Source: Octopus vulgaris
Taxonomy: Eukaryota
Direction: 5' to 3'
Length of the DNA: 64,000 nucleotides
Assembly: GCA_951406725.2 (NCBI GenBank)
Contig: OX597826.1
Location: forward strand, 52,080,001-52,144,000
Shown: one piece after another, positions 27,127-39,394 of the stretch
Layout of the letters: each line of letters starts with the position of its first letter
How positions within the stretch are numbered: the first letter of the stretch is position 1
Translations under genes and position numbers: made by a program
The notes under the pieces: generated by a model
The model's database searches: none
The model's input: only the letters and a program-made list of their open reading frames with translations
Told to the model about the DNA's origin: nothing

Positions 27127-28942
27127 TAGGGATTATTAGCAAAGAAATTTTAGATAAAATAAATACGAAAATTAAGACCGATACTAGGCTAGTGCAATGG
27201 TCCAATAGTATAGAAGTCGTAGACTGGTTTAAAGCTATTAAGAATAAGAAAAAAGCGAGGTTTACACAATTCGATATTGTTGATTTTTATGCCTCTATCT
27301 CTAAAGAACTGCTAGATAAAGCCCTAATCTTCGCTAGTGACTTCATAGAAATTAGTACCAATGATAAGGATATAATCTTCCATGCTAGAAAGACATTACT
27401 TTTCAGTGAGAATGCAAAGTGGGTAAAAAACACCGACACGGAGGGCGCTTTCGATGTGAGCATGGGTTCATATGATGGGGCAGGCATCTGTGATCTAATT
27501 GGACTCTTTCTCCTAGATACCTTCAGTAAGACATTCCCTAACGTACATTTCGCCATCTACAAAGATGATGCCCTCGCCTTAACAGCTAATACAAATGGAC
27601 CAGCACAAGATCGTTTTAGGAAGGATATTATCCAGTTAATGAAACACTTCGGACTTAGTATAACTATAGACACTAACCTGACGGTTGTCAATTTCTTAGA
27701 CGTTTCCTTAGATCTTAATAATAATATTTATAAGCCTTATAGGAAGCCCAATGATAGACTAAGTTATATTAATGTAGGTTCATGCCATCCCCCTATAGTA
27801 TTCAAAAATTTAGTTAAAAATATTAGTAAGAGGATTTCTAGCCTCTCATCTAATGAGGACATCTTCAATAGCGTTGCCCCAGTTTATAATAAAGCTTTAA
27901 AAGATAGTGGTTTTAGCGAAAAAATAAAATATACACCTATCACCAGCCCAACAATAAGGAAAAGGAATAATAGAAATAGGAAGGTCATCTGGTTTACGCC
28001 CCCTTACTCACCCGAGGTGGCCTTCAATATAGGTAAATATTTCCTAGCACTGATAGATAGACATTTTCCAGTTAACCATGCTTATAGGAAACTCTTCAAT
28101 AGACACAATTTAAAAATTAGTTTTAGTTCAACTACCAATTTTAAAAACATAATCAATCATAACATACAAAAAACACAAGAAGAAAACAGCTGTTCATGCA
28201 GGAATAAAGAATTGTGCCCGCTAAATGGAGCTTGCATGTCCAAGACCATCATATATGAGGCTACCGTAAACTCTATAACCACTAAAGACACCGTTTTGAC
28301 GAAGAAATACGTGGGCCTGACAGAGGGTAATTTCAAGGCCAGGTTCAATAACCACACTTTGAGCTTTAGGCACTGGAACAAAAGAAAAGCGACACAATTA
28401 TCCAATCATATTTGGTCTTTAAGAGATAAAGGTGTCGATTATAACATACAATGGAAGATTTTGGCCAGATGTAAGCCCTATACTAACGGCAGCGGAAGGT
28501 GCGGTTTATGCGACATGGAGAGATGGCTTATCTGGAAAAGCAGCTTAGACCCTACCACATGTCTAAATACAAGGACAGAACTTTTCGGATCATGCCCACA
28601 TGTGACTAAATTTCTGTTACGTTTTTGGTCCCCTAAAGAAAACGGATAGAACATGCTTTCTGTGTTATGTCCCAAGAAGATTTTATATATTTTTATATAT
28701 TTTTATATATTTTTTTATGTATTTTTATATAATTTTTATGACGAAAAATGCGAGCGATGTATAAGTACGCAGGCAAAGCAGAGTTATAACAGAGTAATTT
28801 CCCTTCATTTTTAACGGTATTTTTTCATAACGTTTTCAAATAGCCAGATAACCGAAGAGATGGTGTTGTGGATTTCCACTTCGGCATCTGAAACTCAGAG
28901 TTTTATCTTGACTACCGAGTAATGTAACATATTGTATAGATA
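27127..28942 (+). mobile_element. Inverted, 5'-truncated and 3'-shortened PLE copy 3
   Basis: Reverse complement of 25110-26925. ORF 27192-28649 encodes the same RT-GIY-YIG C-terminal sequence. Ends ...ATTGTATAGATA into (TA)n, 67 nt short of the end of copies 1 and 2. Confidence 0.9.
28841..28914 (+). ncRNA. Type I hammerhead-ribozyme-like motif in PLE 3' region (copy 3)
   Basis: Stem I AGATAA/TTATCT (extendable by TAG/CTA); core CCGAAGA (canonical CUGANGA); stem II GATG...CATC with inner GTGG-ATTT-CCAC; GAAA; very short palindromic stem III CTC-A-GAG; GUU triplet with predicted cleavage after 28902. Folded by eye. Confidence 0.65.
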
Positions 28943-29338
28943 TATATATATATATATATATATATGAGTGTGTGTGTTGTGTACGCACACAACTCATGCA
29001 CACACAAACTATGCAGATTGGAGTATGCATATTATATATATTCATATATACATACATATATATATACATTCATATATACACACACACACACAAGCATATA
29101 CATATATGTATACATACATGTATATATACATATATATGTATATTTACATACAAAAATGAACATGTCTAGGTATGTAACTACATGCATGAGAATACATACA
29201 TAAAACATAGATATCTGCATATACATACATACAAACGAACAAAATTACACTTGTTGAGGTTGAAATTCTAATGAAGGAGACTTGGATCTTGGTTAGAAAC
29301 CAGTTCTTATATATATATATATATATATATATACACAA

Positions 29339-29406
<68 letters not shown>

Positions 29407-29483
29407 CATTATGATATATATCATCATCATCATCATTGTTTAACGTCCGTTTTCCATGCTAGCATGGGTTATATATATATACA

Positions 29484-29872
29484 TACTCTCTCTTTACTCT
29501 TTTACTCTTTTACTTGTTTCACTCATTTGACTGTGCCCATGCTGGAGCACTGCCTTTAGTCAAGCAAATCGACCCCAGAGCTTATTCTTTGGAAGCCTAG
29601 TATTTATTCTATCGGTCTCTTTTGCTGAACTGCTAGGTTACGTGGATGTAAACACACCACTATCGGCTGTCATATGCACACACATACTTATATATACATA
29701 TATATATATACAATGGGCTTCTTTAATTTCCATTCACCAAATCCACTCACAAGGCTTTGGTCAGCCTGAGGCTATAGTAGAAGACACCTTCCCAAGGTAC
29801 CACACAGTGGGAATGAACCCGGAGCCATGTGGCTGGTTAGCAAGCTACTTACCACACATCCACTCCTGTGCC
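29484..29872 (-). mobile_element. SINE family A copy
   Basis: Collinear with 37225-37618. Confidence 0.8.
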
Positions 29873-29947
29873 TATGTTTGTGAGTGCATATCTGTATGAG
29901 CATGCATGTGCATGTGTGTGCGCATGTATGTATGTATGTGTGTGTGA

Positions 29948-29992
<45 letters not shown>

Positions 29993-30599
29993 TCCTCATC
30001 ATCATCTAATGTCCGCTTACCATTCTGGCATGGGTTAAACAGTTTGACTGGAACTGGTAAGCCAGGGGGCTGCACCAAGTTCCAGTCTGATTTGGCATCG
30101 TTTCTATGGCAGGATACCCTTTCTAATGCCAATCACTCTGAGAGTGTAGTGGGTGCTTTTTATATGCCACTGGCATGAGGGCCAGTCAGGCGGTACTGGC
30201 ATCGGCCACGCTTGGATGGTGCTTTTTACATGCCATCGGCGCAGGTGCCAGTCAGGCAGCACTGACATATATATGTATGTGTATATATATGTAGTAAAAG
30301 ACATTTGCAAAAGTACCACACACAGGACTGAACCTAGAACCATGTGGTTTCAAAGCAAGCTTCTTAGCACATAGCCATAACTGCACCTATATATATATCA
30401 TCATCATCATTATCATCATCATTTTATGTCCATTTTGATAACCATTTTGACATGGGTTGGATGATGTGACCAGAGCTGATAACCCAGTGGACTGCACCAG
30501 ACTCCAGTCTGATTTGGCATTGTTTCTATGTCTGGATGCCGCTCCTATAGAGTGTGCTGGATGCTTTTATGTAGTACCTCCTATGTGCTTTTACATGGT

Positions 30600-31022
30600 A
30601 TCTTCGTCCTTTGTCATCTCACCTGAAAGGTTTAGTTTCCTATGGTCGTTTTTCACTACTTCAACCCATGAGTCTCCCACTTTAACATGTTCCATCCACC
30701 TTGAAAGATTAGTGTTTCATTATCGAGCTGTCAGCATCCATCAACATCACATGATCAAACCAGCACATGACCACTGCAACGAATTCCTCTTATACCTAAC
30801 TTCTCTCTCAGAACATTGGCACTCTGTCAATTACACATCCAGTGAAGCATACTAGCTTCATTCCTTTCTAACCTTAACATGTCTTCTGCATTCATGGTCC
30901 ATGTCTCATTACCACTTGGAGAGGGAAACTTTCATGGCTCTCTGAATTTCCTCTATACTATTCTTATTCTATTGCACTCTCTGTACATCCTTCCCACTAC
31001 TAATTTGGTCCCTTATGTAGCA
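30600..31022 (-). mobile_element. Decayed RTE-like 3' fragment
   Basis: Minus strand gives EVVNNFCYIRDQIS and WSCAG-like remnants paralleling 31420-31810. The RTE-type 3' tail continues in reverse at 30400-30600. Confidence 0.5.
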
Positions 31023-31029
31023 GAAATTA

Positions 31030-32210
31030 TTTACTACCTCAAATGAGATAGGATGCGCCTGAGAGCTCTTCTATGCTGATGACCTTGCTCTAATTGCTGA
31101 GTCACTATCAGAACTAGAGGAGAAGTTTCAGGTGTGGAAGCAAGGATTAGAATCAACCTAGCTAAAACCAGAGTCCTAATAAGTAGGAAGACAGACAAAT
31201 CACAAATCCCTTCAGGTAGATGGCCCTACTGATCTGTAGAAAAGGCATAGGTAGAAACTCTATAAGATGTACCCAGTGTAAGCTATGGACACATAAGAGG
31301 TGCAGCAATATCGAAGGAAGGCTAATTGGGAGGATAGTTTTTGTATGTAGCAGATGCTCAGGAGCAATAAATAACATTGAAAATGTGCAGAGAACAACTT
31401 CCACCACATTCCAGGGAGAAAAACTAGAAGTAGTTGATAGCTTCCATTACCTAGGTGACCAAGTCATTAGCAGGGGAGGGTGCACTGAAAGTGTAACTGC
31501 TAGAATAAGAATAGCCTGGGCAGAGAGCTCTTACCTCTGCTGGTGACAGAGGGCCTCTCACTCAGAGTAAAAAGTAAACTGTATGACATATGTGTATGAA
31601 CAGCCGTGCTACATGGCAGTGAAACATGGGTTGTCACTGCTGAGGATATGTGTAAGCTCATAAGGAATGAAGCCGGTATGCTCTGCTGGATGTGTAATGT
31701 CAGTGTGCATACTCGACAGTGTGTAAGTACCTTGAAAGAAAATTTGGACCAAAGAAGCATCAGATGTGGTGTGCAAGAGAGACGGCTGCACTGGTATGGT
31801 CATGTGGTGAGAATGGATGAGGGTAGCTGTGTGAAAATGTGCCACATCCTAGGGTTGAGGGAGCCTGTGGAAGAGGTAGGCCCAGGAAGACCTGGAATGA
31901 GGCAATGACTAGTGACCGAGACTTTTGGAAATATGCTGTGCTTGAGAAGGCTCAGCAAGCCAAGTGAGACCATAACCCATGGCCTATGCCAGGTGTATAA
32001 CCAGCCCACTTATTCCTTCATTGGACACTAAACTCTGCTTGCAAAGACCTGTTGAGGCAAGTGAAATCAAAATCAAAATCAAAATCAAATTCAATGACTG
32101 GCATCCATGCTAGTAGAGCACTAAAAGCACCATCGGAGCGTGATCATTGCCAGAGCAGCTGACTGGCTTCTGTGCCAGTGGCATGTAAAAAGCATCATTC
32201 AAGCAGGATC
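31030..32210 (+). mobile_element. 5'-truncated RTE-clade LINE with a PHD-like Cys/His insert after the RT core, plus 3' UTR
   Basis: LFYADDLALIAES; ICRKGIGRNSIRCTQCKLWTHKRC...FVCSRC; LEVVDSFHYLG; LHGSETW; RRLHWYGHVVRM. Contains stops and frameshifts. Confidence 0.85.
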
Positions 32211-32212
32211 AT

Positions 32213-32880
32213 AACCAGTGTAATATTGCAGTGGAAGTTGTTGAAGATATTTTGGACCTTGGTCACCTCATCTCTGGAATGGGTTAGGACAAAGGCATCA
32301 TCAATGTATCTCCAGTATAATGCAATGTGCCATTTTGCATGGAGGGGCTTGCATTTCTGGTCATCCACAATAAGGGTGTCCTGGATTTTACTGAATCTGA
32401 CCCCATTGGGAGGCTGCTGCATCGCTGATAAGTGGTATTTTTGTACTGGAAGTAGGTATTGGTGATGCAGAATTCAAAGATGAATCTGAGGTCCATTGGT
32501 GGGACGTCTGCTGACAACCTCTAGCCACTTTCTAAGCATTCCTCAATGGTTTGTATGGCATCATTCTGTGGTGTGCTTGTATAAATAGACTGTACATCTA
32601 GGTTGAGAGTGTAGTTGCTGTGTGAGATGGTTTCCAGTGGAAGCTTATGGAGTTCAACAAGTTGTCACCTGTTTTCTATGTGTAGTAGCAGAGGTTTGAA
32701 TAGCCATGCATAGAGCCATTCCATCTTGTGGAGTGAAGATTTTGTGCTGGCAATGATCAGGCATACACTGAGCTGCCTCAGGTCACTGGTGTCCTTGAGT
32801 ATTTTGATTAGGCAATAGAACCATGGCATGGTGGAGTGGTATGCTATGCATATTGAATTGCATCCTACTGGATATTTGTG
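32213..32880 (-). mobile_element. Old Penelope-like RT fragment of a different family (YIDD type)
   Basis: PWFYCLIKILK, LNLDVQSIYTSTP, FCITNTYFQYKNTTYQR..SLPMGS, YWRYIDDAFVL, FNNFHCNITL across frameshifts. Confidence 0.8.
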
Positions 32881-33727
32881 TATAAATGGGTTTATATATG
32901 TAAATTTATTTAAAGCGAGATGCCACTGAACATGAAAAGCATAAAGTATGAACACACACACATGGACATTATATACATATATAAGTATATCTATACTTGC
33001 AAACACACTCACTATGGCATACAAGTATATATATATATTACACGCATATCAATCTATCTATATGTATACATACATTTATATACATATACATATACACGCT
33101 TACATACAATCATGCATACTAATGGACATTATAGATGTATACAGATATACATACACACATGCATATAATATCTATACATATATAAAACACAGAAATGCAC
33201 TTAAAATGCACACACATACATACATATTCATATGCAACACATAAATGCATATATATATATATATACATACAAATATATAAACAAAGCATTGATTACATAC
33301 ATATATTTTAATGCACATGCATTATGAAACATTTGGTAGGATCTAAGTCGGCATATTGATTTTTACATGTGCAAATGTGCATCTGTTTCAGAAGTATTGC
33401 ATGAAATATTCATATTTATTTGATGCAACTGTCTGTTTTCATACAATAACTTATTCTGCACTAGTATAAATTTCTCTTCCAGTAGCACCTGAAATAATTC
33501 ACATCACCTAGACAGATTAACAGGTGCTGTTGTCTTTAACTACTTTTGCCCTGGGGTTATATCATCAATAATAAATTACAATTGCTTATTACACTGGAGA
33601 AACTATATTTTGTTTCTTGCTTTTGTTCCACAATCATTTCTGGTCAAAACTGTTTATTGCTGTATTCTTTTTTTTAACTTTGACAGCATTAGTTATATTA
33701 TATTTGATAATGAAATTTAAAGAATTT

Positions 33728-33750
33728 ATAATAATAATAATAATAATATA

Positions 33751-33808
<58 letters not shown>

Positions 33809-34045
33809 GGTGGTGGTGGTGGTGGTGGTGGTAGTAGTAGTAGAAGTAGTAGTAGTAGTAGTAGGAGGAGTAGTAGTAGTAGTAGTAGTTGCAGTAGTTG
33901 CAGTAGTAGTAGTAGTAGTAGTGGTGGTGGTGGTGGTGGTGGTGGTGGTAGTAGAAGTAGTAGTAGTAGGAGGAGGAGTAGTAGTTGCAGTAGTAGTAGT
34001 AGTAGTAGTAATTGCAGTAGTAGTAGTAGTAGTAGTAGTAGTTCT
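33728..34045. repeat. Compound (TAA)(TAG)(TGG) trinucleotide repeat with a partial higher-order duplication
   Basis: Direct reading. Confidence 0.95.
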
Positions 34046-34397
34046 CGCAGTAGGAGTAATATGAAACAATGATATAATAATACAAAAAATTAATATGCAA
34101 TTAAAGTAAATATGAGTGCATACACTCACACACACACACACACACACACATGCATACACACACATGCTTTATTTGTGAGTTAACAAGGCTACCAACGGTT
34201 TCATGAGAGAGGAAATTTCCCAACAATTATGAAGCTGCCTACAACATAGTAACGTTTGTGAAATGCTTGATAATTACTGAAAGATTTCTCTCTACATGAA
34301 ACCAGTGGTAACCTTGTTAAAATGAATAATATTTATCCACCAATGCGGTCTTGACCACTCATACTCACCTTTTGATATGTGTTTGTGTGTGTGTGTG

Positions 34398-35432
34398 TGT
34401 AGCTACTAGAATAAGAATAGGCTGGGCAAAGTTCTGAGAATCCCTACATCTGTTGGTAATTAAAGGCCTCTCTCTCAAAGTGAAAGGTAGATTGTAAGAT
34501 GCCTGTGTGTGAACAGCCATGCTACATGGCAGTAAAACATGGGCTGTGATTGCTGAGAACATGCATAGGTCTGAAACAAATGAAGCTAGTATGCTTTGCT
34601 GGATTTGTAGTGTCCAGTTTGCATGTACAACAGAGTGCAAGCGTCTTGAGAGAAAAGTTGGGCATAAGAGGCATCAGATGTGGTGTGCAGGAGAGATAAC
34701 TGTAGTGGTGTGGTCATGTGATGCATATTGATAAGGACAGCAGTGTAAAGAGGGGCTGATCTCTAAATGTGGAGGGAACCTGTGAAAGAGGTAGACCCAG
34801 GAAGACACGGGACAAGGTTATGAAGCATGATCTTTGAATATTGGTCCTCACAGAGGCAATGACAAGTAATAGAGACCTTTGGCGATATGCTGTGCTTGAG
34901 AAGATCTGTCAATTCAAGTGGAATCTTAGTCATGGCTGATGCCAATGTCACATTACTGGCACCCATGTCAGTGGCATGTGAAAAGCACCCTTCAAATGCT
35001 GGACCTCATGAAGGTGATGACAAGTGACCAAGACTGTTCCTGTCAAGCCAAGTTAAATTGTAGTCATGGTCGATGCCAGTGTTACATAAGTGGCACCCAT
35101 GCAGGTTCCATGTAAAAGGCACCCTTCAAACATTGGGCCTCGTGGAGGTGATACTGTTAGTGATATGCCTTGCATGAGAAGATTCATCAAGCCAAGTGAA
35201 ATTGTAATCATGGCCAATGCTGGTGTCACATAACTGGCACCCATACCAGTGGCATGTAAAATGCATCCATTACACTCTTGGAGTGGATGGTGTTAGGAAG
35301 GGCATCCAGCTGCAGAAACCATGCCAAATCAGATTGGAACTTGGTAGAGCTTTCCAGCTTACCAGTTTCAGTCAAAGTGTCTAACTCATACCAACATGGA
35401 AGGCAGATGCTAAATGATGATGATCATCATCA
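34398..35432 (+). mobile_element. RTE-like 3' fragment with 3' UTR ending in (GAT)n
   Basis: RIRIGWAKF, GLSLKVKGRL, MLHGSKTWAV; collinear with 31495-31960. Confidence 0.8.
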
Positions 35433-35521
35433 TTTAGCATCTGCCTTTTGTACTGTCCCCTCTATGTTCGCCCCTAGTGGGTAATAATAAAACAGATGAT
35501 GATGATCATCATCATCTTCTG

Positions 35522-35753
35522 AAGCACAGCATATCGCCAAAGGTCTCTGTCACTTGTCATTGCCTCTGTGAAGCCCAATATTCGAAGATCATGCTTCATA
35601 ACCTTGTCCCATGTCTTCTTGGGTCTACCTCTTTCACAGGTTCCTTCCACACTTAGAGATCAGCACTTCTTTACACTGCTGTCCTCATCAATACGCATCA
35701 TATGACCATACCACTACAGTCATCTCTCCAGCACACCACATCTAATGCCTCTT
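35522..35753 (-). mobile_element. Inverted RTE-like fragment closely matching 34666-34897
   Basis: Reverse-complement alignment by eye shows few substitutions. Confidence 0.8.
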
Positions 35754-36250
35754 TAAATGATATTTAAATCCAAACTGAGGGAGAGGAACAGGTAAAATTC
35801 AGGCTACATATGTTTGTGTAGTACAGTATTCAGTGCATGACAGTTAACCAATGCTTGTAACTCCATTTACTAAACAAAAGTTTGAAACATTCATTCATGA
35901 ATAAAAGACAAATTGTTTCTCTTGATATCCTGCAGTAATTATCCTTTGAAATTTGATCACAGAGTACATATATATAGAGAAACGATAATGTAGATAAGTT
36001 TTCATGTTTATCAATATGGTTTTATATATATTTCATTAATGAATATATTGGTTAAGCAATATAATACTTTACAATTAGAATACATCATCAAATCATCAGG
36101 GATTTTTGTAACAAAACAAATTACCTTTAGTCACTTAAAATTGATTGACAAATACATGGCTTCCACTAAAATGGAGTCTTCAGAAGTGGGGCTGTTATTT
36201 TGTGTGTATGTGAGTGAGTATGTGTGTGCTTGTGAATGTGTGTGTATTTA

Positions 36251-36302
<52 letters not shown>

Positions 36303-36350
36303 TATGGACAGATAGATGGGTAGTTAGACAGACAAGACAGACAGACAGAG

Positions 36351-36423
<73 letters not shown>

Positions 36424-37224
36424 TTCTTTCATTTTGTGTTCCCTTTTCTAAGCAAGTAAAGTTTAGACAAATATATTATCACGGTATTGCTTTACATCCA
36501 CATGCCTTCTTGTTGCTAACCCTTACTCATCTTCATGTAATTACATACATCATCAAAGATACAAAGTGAATGGATGATTTATTGCTAGGAGAAATAAGAA
36601 GAAAAACACTGCAAGCAGCTCATATCTTTTGTAAAGCACAACTATAAACACACAAACAACACAGATGTGTACCCATACATGCACCCTTCTCCGCTCCTCT
36701 CCTCTCCTCTCGTCATTCATTTTGTGTTTCTCCTTCCGGTCTTCAGCTAACCACTATCTTTAGTTTTTCCTTCCCAGAATGTCAACTCTGCAATTGCTTT
36801 TCTACCTCTGTATTTTCTACAAGTGTCAACTTACAACTATTGGAACTGCAGGGAAATGCTTGGATCTCGTATTACCACTTATAAGGATTCTTGCAAAGAT
36901 TATGGGCACAGTTCTAGCTTTCTAATGAAAACCATAAAAAAAAAGAAGAAAAATAGGAAAATGGATAAATTGGTGCATGCTGAGTCAAATGTCCAAGCCA
37001 GAACTATAAAATGCATTATATACAATGAATTTATAATTAAAACCTATGTGTTTCAGGGTGCAGAATTTCATTTACCTGATCATTTCACATCTAGATTATT
37101 ACAAAAGTATAAAAGAACGGAGGGATATGTGAGGTGCAATTTAAGAGTTTCTTGAAAAAGTAATAAAAGAACATATGGTGAGGCACCTGTAGACTCAAAA
37201 TGCTACCAGACATCCACCTTAGAA

Positions 37225-37618
37225 TACTCTTTTACTTGTTTCAGTCATGTGACTGCGGCCATGCTGGAGCAACGCCTTTAGTCGAGCAAATCGACCCCAA
37301 GACTTATTCTTTATAAGCCTAGTACTTATTCTATTGGTCTCTTTTGCCGAACCGCTAAGTGACGGGGATGTAAACACACCAGAATTGGTTGTCAAGCAAT
37401 GCTAGGGGGACAAACACAGACAAACACACACGCACATACATATATATACATATATACGACAGGCTTCTTTCAGTTTCCATCTACCAAATCCACTCACAAG
37501 GCATTGGTCAGCCCGGGCTATAGCAGAAGACACTTGCCCAAGATGCCATGCAGTGGGACTGAACTCGGAACCATATGGCTGGTTAGCAAGCTACTTACCA
37601 CACAGCCACTCCTGCGCC
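37225..37618 (-). mobile_element. tRNA-derived SINE family A, full-length copy
   Basis: Head GGCGCAGGAGTGGCTGTGTGG (A-box-like) ...GTTCAGTCCC (B-box-like); internal (TA)/(TG) tract; AGTAAAAGAGTA tail. Repeated many times in the window. Confidence 0.85.
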
Positions 37619-39188
37619 TATGTAACATTTTAGATACAAAGTGTTTTATATTTAAAGAGAAGGAAAAGGATAATTTGTGATGTTGATGGTTTATCTAAAG
37701 ACATTATTCCCTTGAATCACTAAATAGAGTTTGAAGTCTTCATCAGTGTCTCAACAACTCAATTACACATATCTGTTTGATCCAAGCAATTGCTAAATAA
37801 TTGGTGACATCATGACAACGCTCATTATTTTGAAATTATTATACTATGCCTAAAAACTTACATATATCAACTTTCAATTGTGATTGATGGAATCCTAATA
37901 CATTCATATTTGATATGATTGACTTTGGATATTATTTGGATATTATTACCTTATAATTAAATATCATATTCTTCGACATCTGTTTATGAAGCCACATTGA
38001 AAATCAATTTCCTCAGGTCAAGTCTTCATATAACAGTTTTTTTTTAATACTATTAGCAATATTTATCAATGAACTCTGCACATTTTCTACATTTTCCCCA
38101 TAAAATATATCGCAAAATGGCAATATTGTGTTTGAAATACAATTTCCCAGTTGTCTTCCGGACTTTTACGAACTATTAAGAAGGGTGTTTTAGAATATAT
38201 TTTCCCTTTTTCCTTTTCTCTTTTTAGCTAGCTATAATAGAGGTTTAGATTTCTTCAGAGAAATTGCTTTCAATCCATGACCAAATTCTATATGTAATGT
38301 TTTGCAAACAAGAATGCTTGCAGAATCTGGGGAATTTTTCCTTTCTTTCTTTTCTTTCTTCTTTTCGTTATAACTGGATACATTTTCTAACAGGAACAAT
38401 TTAGCTGTGAAATGGAAGTTTATAGCATTTTCTTTTTGGTAAATTGAGCACAGAGTAATTTAATTAGCCTAAAGATAAAAATTGATCACAGATTAAATCT
38501 TCAAAATGCTCTATCAAGTATAACAAGAAATAATTTGTAGTTAATTATTTGGTGTTAATAACCAAGATTGCTTTTATAGTCTAATTTCAATCATAACAGA
38601 AAATGAAAAAAAAATCACATGACTTTGGATATATATTTTGCATAAATCTCAAATTCATGCTAAATATTATGAAAAGAATTTTATTGCATAACCTAAAATT
38701 TGCAACATGTTTTTATCCTATCAGATGCACACATAAACACCACATAATTTAAATATCAAAACCAAAATATTTTATATCTGATCAGTTATTTAGGTTTTAA
38801 TTATTTAAAACTACAAGTTTACTTCCCAGTCACATGGTCCACATTCAGACTCTTTGAGTGTTACCTTGTTTTCTGTTATAGTCTTGAATGACCAAAGACA
38901 TACGAGTGAATTCACTTGAGAGAATCTGAAAGCAGTTCACTGAATGTGTTTGTGCATATGTATGTGCATGTGGTTCTGTGTCTCCTTGTCTTGATATGAT
39001 GTGATATTTGTAAGCAAGTGTCAGCATCATGCAAGTGGTGACCTTCGTTTCAAATCAGTAAAATAATAACTAACCGAGGGAAACAGATGCTAGAAATAAC
39101 AGCTGCATCCTACTCAAATCACACCCTCCACGCACACACACCCGTGCACACACACTCTCTCTCTCTCTGCCAGTATATCAAAGAGAGC

Positions 39189-39372
39189 GGTATTTTGGCT
39201 GCCCTTACGTTGTGAGCTCAAATTCCGCCGTGGTCGACTCTGCCTTTCATCCTTTCGGGGTCGATAAATTAAGTACCAGTTACGCACTGCGGTCGATGTA
39301 ATCGACTTAATACCTATGTCTGTCCTTGTTTGTCGCCTCTGTGTTTAGCCCCTTATGGGTAATAAAGAAATA
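39189..39372 (+). mobile_element. 5'-truncated SINE family B copy with a perfect 17-bp target-site duplication
   Basis: AGTATATCAAAGAGAGC at 39172-39188 and 39373-39389. Confidence 0.85.
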
Positions 39373-39394
39373 AGTATATCAAAGAGAGCTATAT

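Larger units (their letters stand above)
22453..28942. mobile_element. Composite Penelope-like element (PLE) insertion: full unit + tandem 5'-truncated copy + inverted 5'-truncated copy, embedded in (TA)n
   Basis: Three near-identical RT/GIY-YIG segments. Direct-repeat offset 2590 bp (22813 vs 25403); inverted symmetry with coordinate sum 54052 (25403 vs 28649). (TA)n on both outer sides. Partial-tandem and inverted copies are established PLE hallmarks. Confidence 0.93.

Noticed and set aside
25403-27205. 600-aa ORF with a hydrophobic, signal-peptide-like N-terminus fused to RT
   Set aside because: The first ~26 codons are the antisense strand of copy 3 read across the inversion junction, and the start is TTG. 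It is an accidental in-frame fusion with no evidence of expression.
22787-28675. Small triplicated ORFs (65, 82, 89 aa) opposite the PLE ORF
   Set aside because: Antisense shadows of the RT ORF, repeated only because the element is repeated.
28650-28840. Possible SECIS element or selenoprotein coding, as reported for some Naiad-type PLEs
   Set aside because: The ORF has no in-frame TGA, and the ATGA...GA in the 3' UTR does not form a SECIS-like helix by eye.
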